Assembly (NCBI GenBank): GCA_018714925.1
Contig: DVMP01000163.1
Location: 1-49,495, forward strand
From: Candidatus Allocopromorpha excrementigallinarum
GTDB taxonomy: Bacteria; Bacillota; Clostridia; Peptostreptococcales; Anaerovoracaceae
Length of the DNA stretch: 49,495 bases
Direction of reading: 5' to 3'
How positions within the stretch are numbered: the stretch's first letter is position 1; every line of letters begins with the position of its first letter. Positions 47,802 through 49,495 of this stretch are shown piece by piece. The position numbers and the translations under genes are program-made. A model generated the notes under the pieces. That model saw only the letters and a list, made by a program, of their open reading frames with translations. It was not told where the DNA came from and searched no databases.

Positions 47802-49370
47802 ATGGAACATGAAAAGATTATAGTAATGGACTTCGGAGGCCAGTACAATCAGCTGATCGCCAGACGGGTAAGAGAGTGCGGAGTTTACTGCGAGGTTCAT
47901 CCTTATACCATGACTATGGAGGAGATAAAGGCGGCCGCTCCCAAGGGTATAATTTTTACTGGAGGTCCCAACAGCGTTTACAGTCAGGAATCTCCGAGAT
48001 ATTCAGAGGATATATATGAGATGGGCATTCCTGTTCTGGGAATATGCTACGGTGCTCAGCTTATGGCCTATCAGCTTGGAGGAAGGGTGGAAACCGCCCC
48101 TGTCAGCGAATACGGAAGAACGGAAGTGGACATAGACGATAAGGGAGGCCTGTTCAGGGACGTGTCCGACAGAACCATATGCTGGATGAGCCATACGGAT
48201 TATATAAGCGAGACGCCGGAGGGCTTTGTAGTGACAGCCCACACACCTGTGTGTCCTGTGGCGGCTATGGAAAACAGGGATAAAAGACTTTACGCTCTGC
48301 AGCTTCATCCTGAGGTAATGCACACAGCGGAAGGCTCAAAGATGCTGGAAGCCTTTGTAAAGGATGTTTGCGGCTGCAGCGGAGACTGGCAGATGGGCTC
48401 CTTCGTAGAGGATACCATAAAAGCGATGAAGGAAAAGGTGGGAGACGGAAAGGTACTCTGCGCTCTTTCAGGGGGCGTGGATTCGTCGGTAGCCGCCGTG
48501 CTTCTTTCAAAGGCTGTGGGAAAGCAGCTCACCTGCGTTTTTGTAGACCACGGACTGCTCCGCAAAAACGAGGGAGATGAGGTTGAGGCTGTGTTCGGAC
48601 CTGACGGGCCATATGATCTGAATTTCATAAGGGTTAACGCACAGCAGAGGTTTTACGACAGGCTTGAGGGGGTGACAGAGCCTGAAAGGAAGAGGAAGAT
48701 TATAGGCGAGGAATTTATCCGTGTATTTGAAGAAGAGGCGAAAAAGATAGGCTCCGTTGACTTCCTGGTCCAGGGAACCATATATCCAGATGTAATAGAG
48801 TCGGGTCTTGGGAAATCCGCGGTAATAAAGAGTCATCACAATGTGGGCGGTCTGCCTGATCACGTTGATTTTAAGGAGATAGTGGAGCCTCTCCGTATGC
48901 TCTTTAAGGATGAGGTGAGAAGGGCCGGACTTGAGCTTGGAATTCCTGATTATCTTGTGTACAGACAGCCGTTCCCAGGTCCGGGACTTGGTATAAGAAT
49001 AATCGGCGAAGTCACGGAGGAAAAGGTGAAGATCGTCCAGGATGCCGACGCCATCTACAGAGAGGAAATCGCCGCGGCAATGGAGGACGGCCTTATTCCA
49101 AGGTACGGTGAGGAAGGAACCCCGGGGCAGTACTTCGCTGCCCTTACCAATATGAGAAGCGTAGGCGTTATGGGAGATTTCAGAACCTATGATTACGCCG
49201 TTGCTCTGCGGGCGGTGCTGACCTCGGACTTTATGACCGCCGAAGCGGCTCCGCTCCCGTGGGAGGTGCTCCAGAAGGTAACCACCAGAATCGTCAACGA
49301 GGTTAAGCACGTTAACAGAGTGGTCTACGACTGCACCGGAAAACCGCCGGGAACGATTGAGTTTGAGTGA
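47802..49370 (+). CDS. guaA: GMP synthase (glutamine-hydrolysing)
   Basis: [47 protein letters not shown]-like [18 protein letters not shown]. Confidence 0.98.
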   Translation: MEHEKIIVMDFGGQYNQLIARRVRECGVYCEVHPYTMTMEEIKAAAPKGIIFTGGPNSVYSQESPRYSEDIYEMGIPVLGICYGAQLMAYQLGGRVETAPVSEYGRTEVDIDDKGGLFRDVSDRTICWMSHTDYISETPEGFVVTAHTPVCPVAAMENRDKRLYALQLHPEVMHTAEGSKMLEAFVKDVCGCSGDWQMGSFVEDTIKAMKEKVGDGKVLCALSGGVDSSVAAVLLSKAVGKQLTCVFVDHGLLRKNEGDEVEAVFGPDGPYDLNFIRVNAQQRFYDRLEGVTEPERKRKIIGEEFIRVFEEEAKKIGSVDFLVQGTIYPDVIESGLGKSAVIKSHHNVGGLPDHVDFKEIVEPLRMLFKDEVRRAGLELGIPDYLVYRQPFPGPGLGIRIIGEVTEEKVKIVQDADAIYREEIAAAMEDGLIPRYGEEGTPGQYFAALTNMRSVGVMGDFRTYDYAVALRAVLTSDFMTAEAAPLPWEVLQKVTTRIVNEVKHVNRVVYDCTGKPPGTIEFE

Positions 49371-49495
49371 TGAAATTGGATTTAGAAAGCTAGTGTTTAT
49401 GCGGGTTGCAAGCAAATTTGTTTAGGCGCTGGCAACGATTTGGCAACATTTTCAACATCACGCACTAAATAATTACATCAATGGCATAAGAAAAA
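49356..49495. mobile_element. Possible attachment site / end of an element integrated at the guaA 3' end
   Basis: No terminator after guaA; tandem TGGCAAC repeats (49430, 49441) and a degenerate third copy resemble integrase arm sites; guaA 3' ends are known integration hotspots. No integrase is visible inside the window. Confidence 0.45.

Noticed and set aside
48507-49415. 302-aa antisense ORF over guaA, and similar shadow ORFs at 16171-16980, 2838-3545, 23416-24123 and 30189-30896
   Set aside because: They lie opposite well-supported genes, show no recognisable motifs, and are expected by-products of codon bias.

Overview
Ordinary chromosomal segment of an anaerobic Firmicute (Clostridia). 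The assignment rests on SigA-type promoters, HrcA/CIRCE operators, a sigma-54 promoter, a cotJABC operon and a 2[4Fe-4S] ferredoxin. Housekeeping content: 3' end of a flavodiiron protein gene, clpB, cca, an RluB-like synthase, M18 aminopeptidase, ridA, FMN riboswitch-ribU, tsaE-tsaB-rimI-tsaD-ABCF, acpP-rex, ogg, groESL and guaB-guaA. Three catabolic modules have no assignable substrate, but each shows a candidate operator in the DNA: sigma-54 activator + GPH/MelB-like transporter + DmpA peptidase; PucR + NCS1 permease + DUF917 + HyuA-like ATPase; IclR + stand-alone FIST protein + aldehyde dehydrogenase with an altered nucleotide-binding site. There is also a BceRS/BceAB-type module and a DUF5685 / Cys-tailed J-domain / membrane protein cluster. 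Best candidates for undescribed biology: (1) a Tet/EF-G-like GTPase fused to a Rae1/YacP NYN RNase, (2) the FIST-ALDH module, (3) a 58-aa four-Cys ORF missing from the ORF track and coupled to tsaD, (4) the DUF5685-J system, (5) apparently leaderless mRNAs for cca, tsaE and DUF5685. The last 125 bp after guaA resemble the edge of an integrated element. I saw no rRNA, tRNA, CRISPR array or transposase. All family calls come from reading motifs by eye; no database searches were run.
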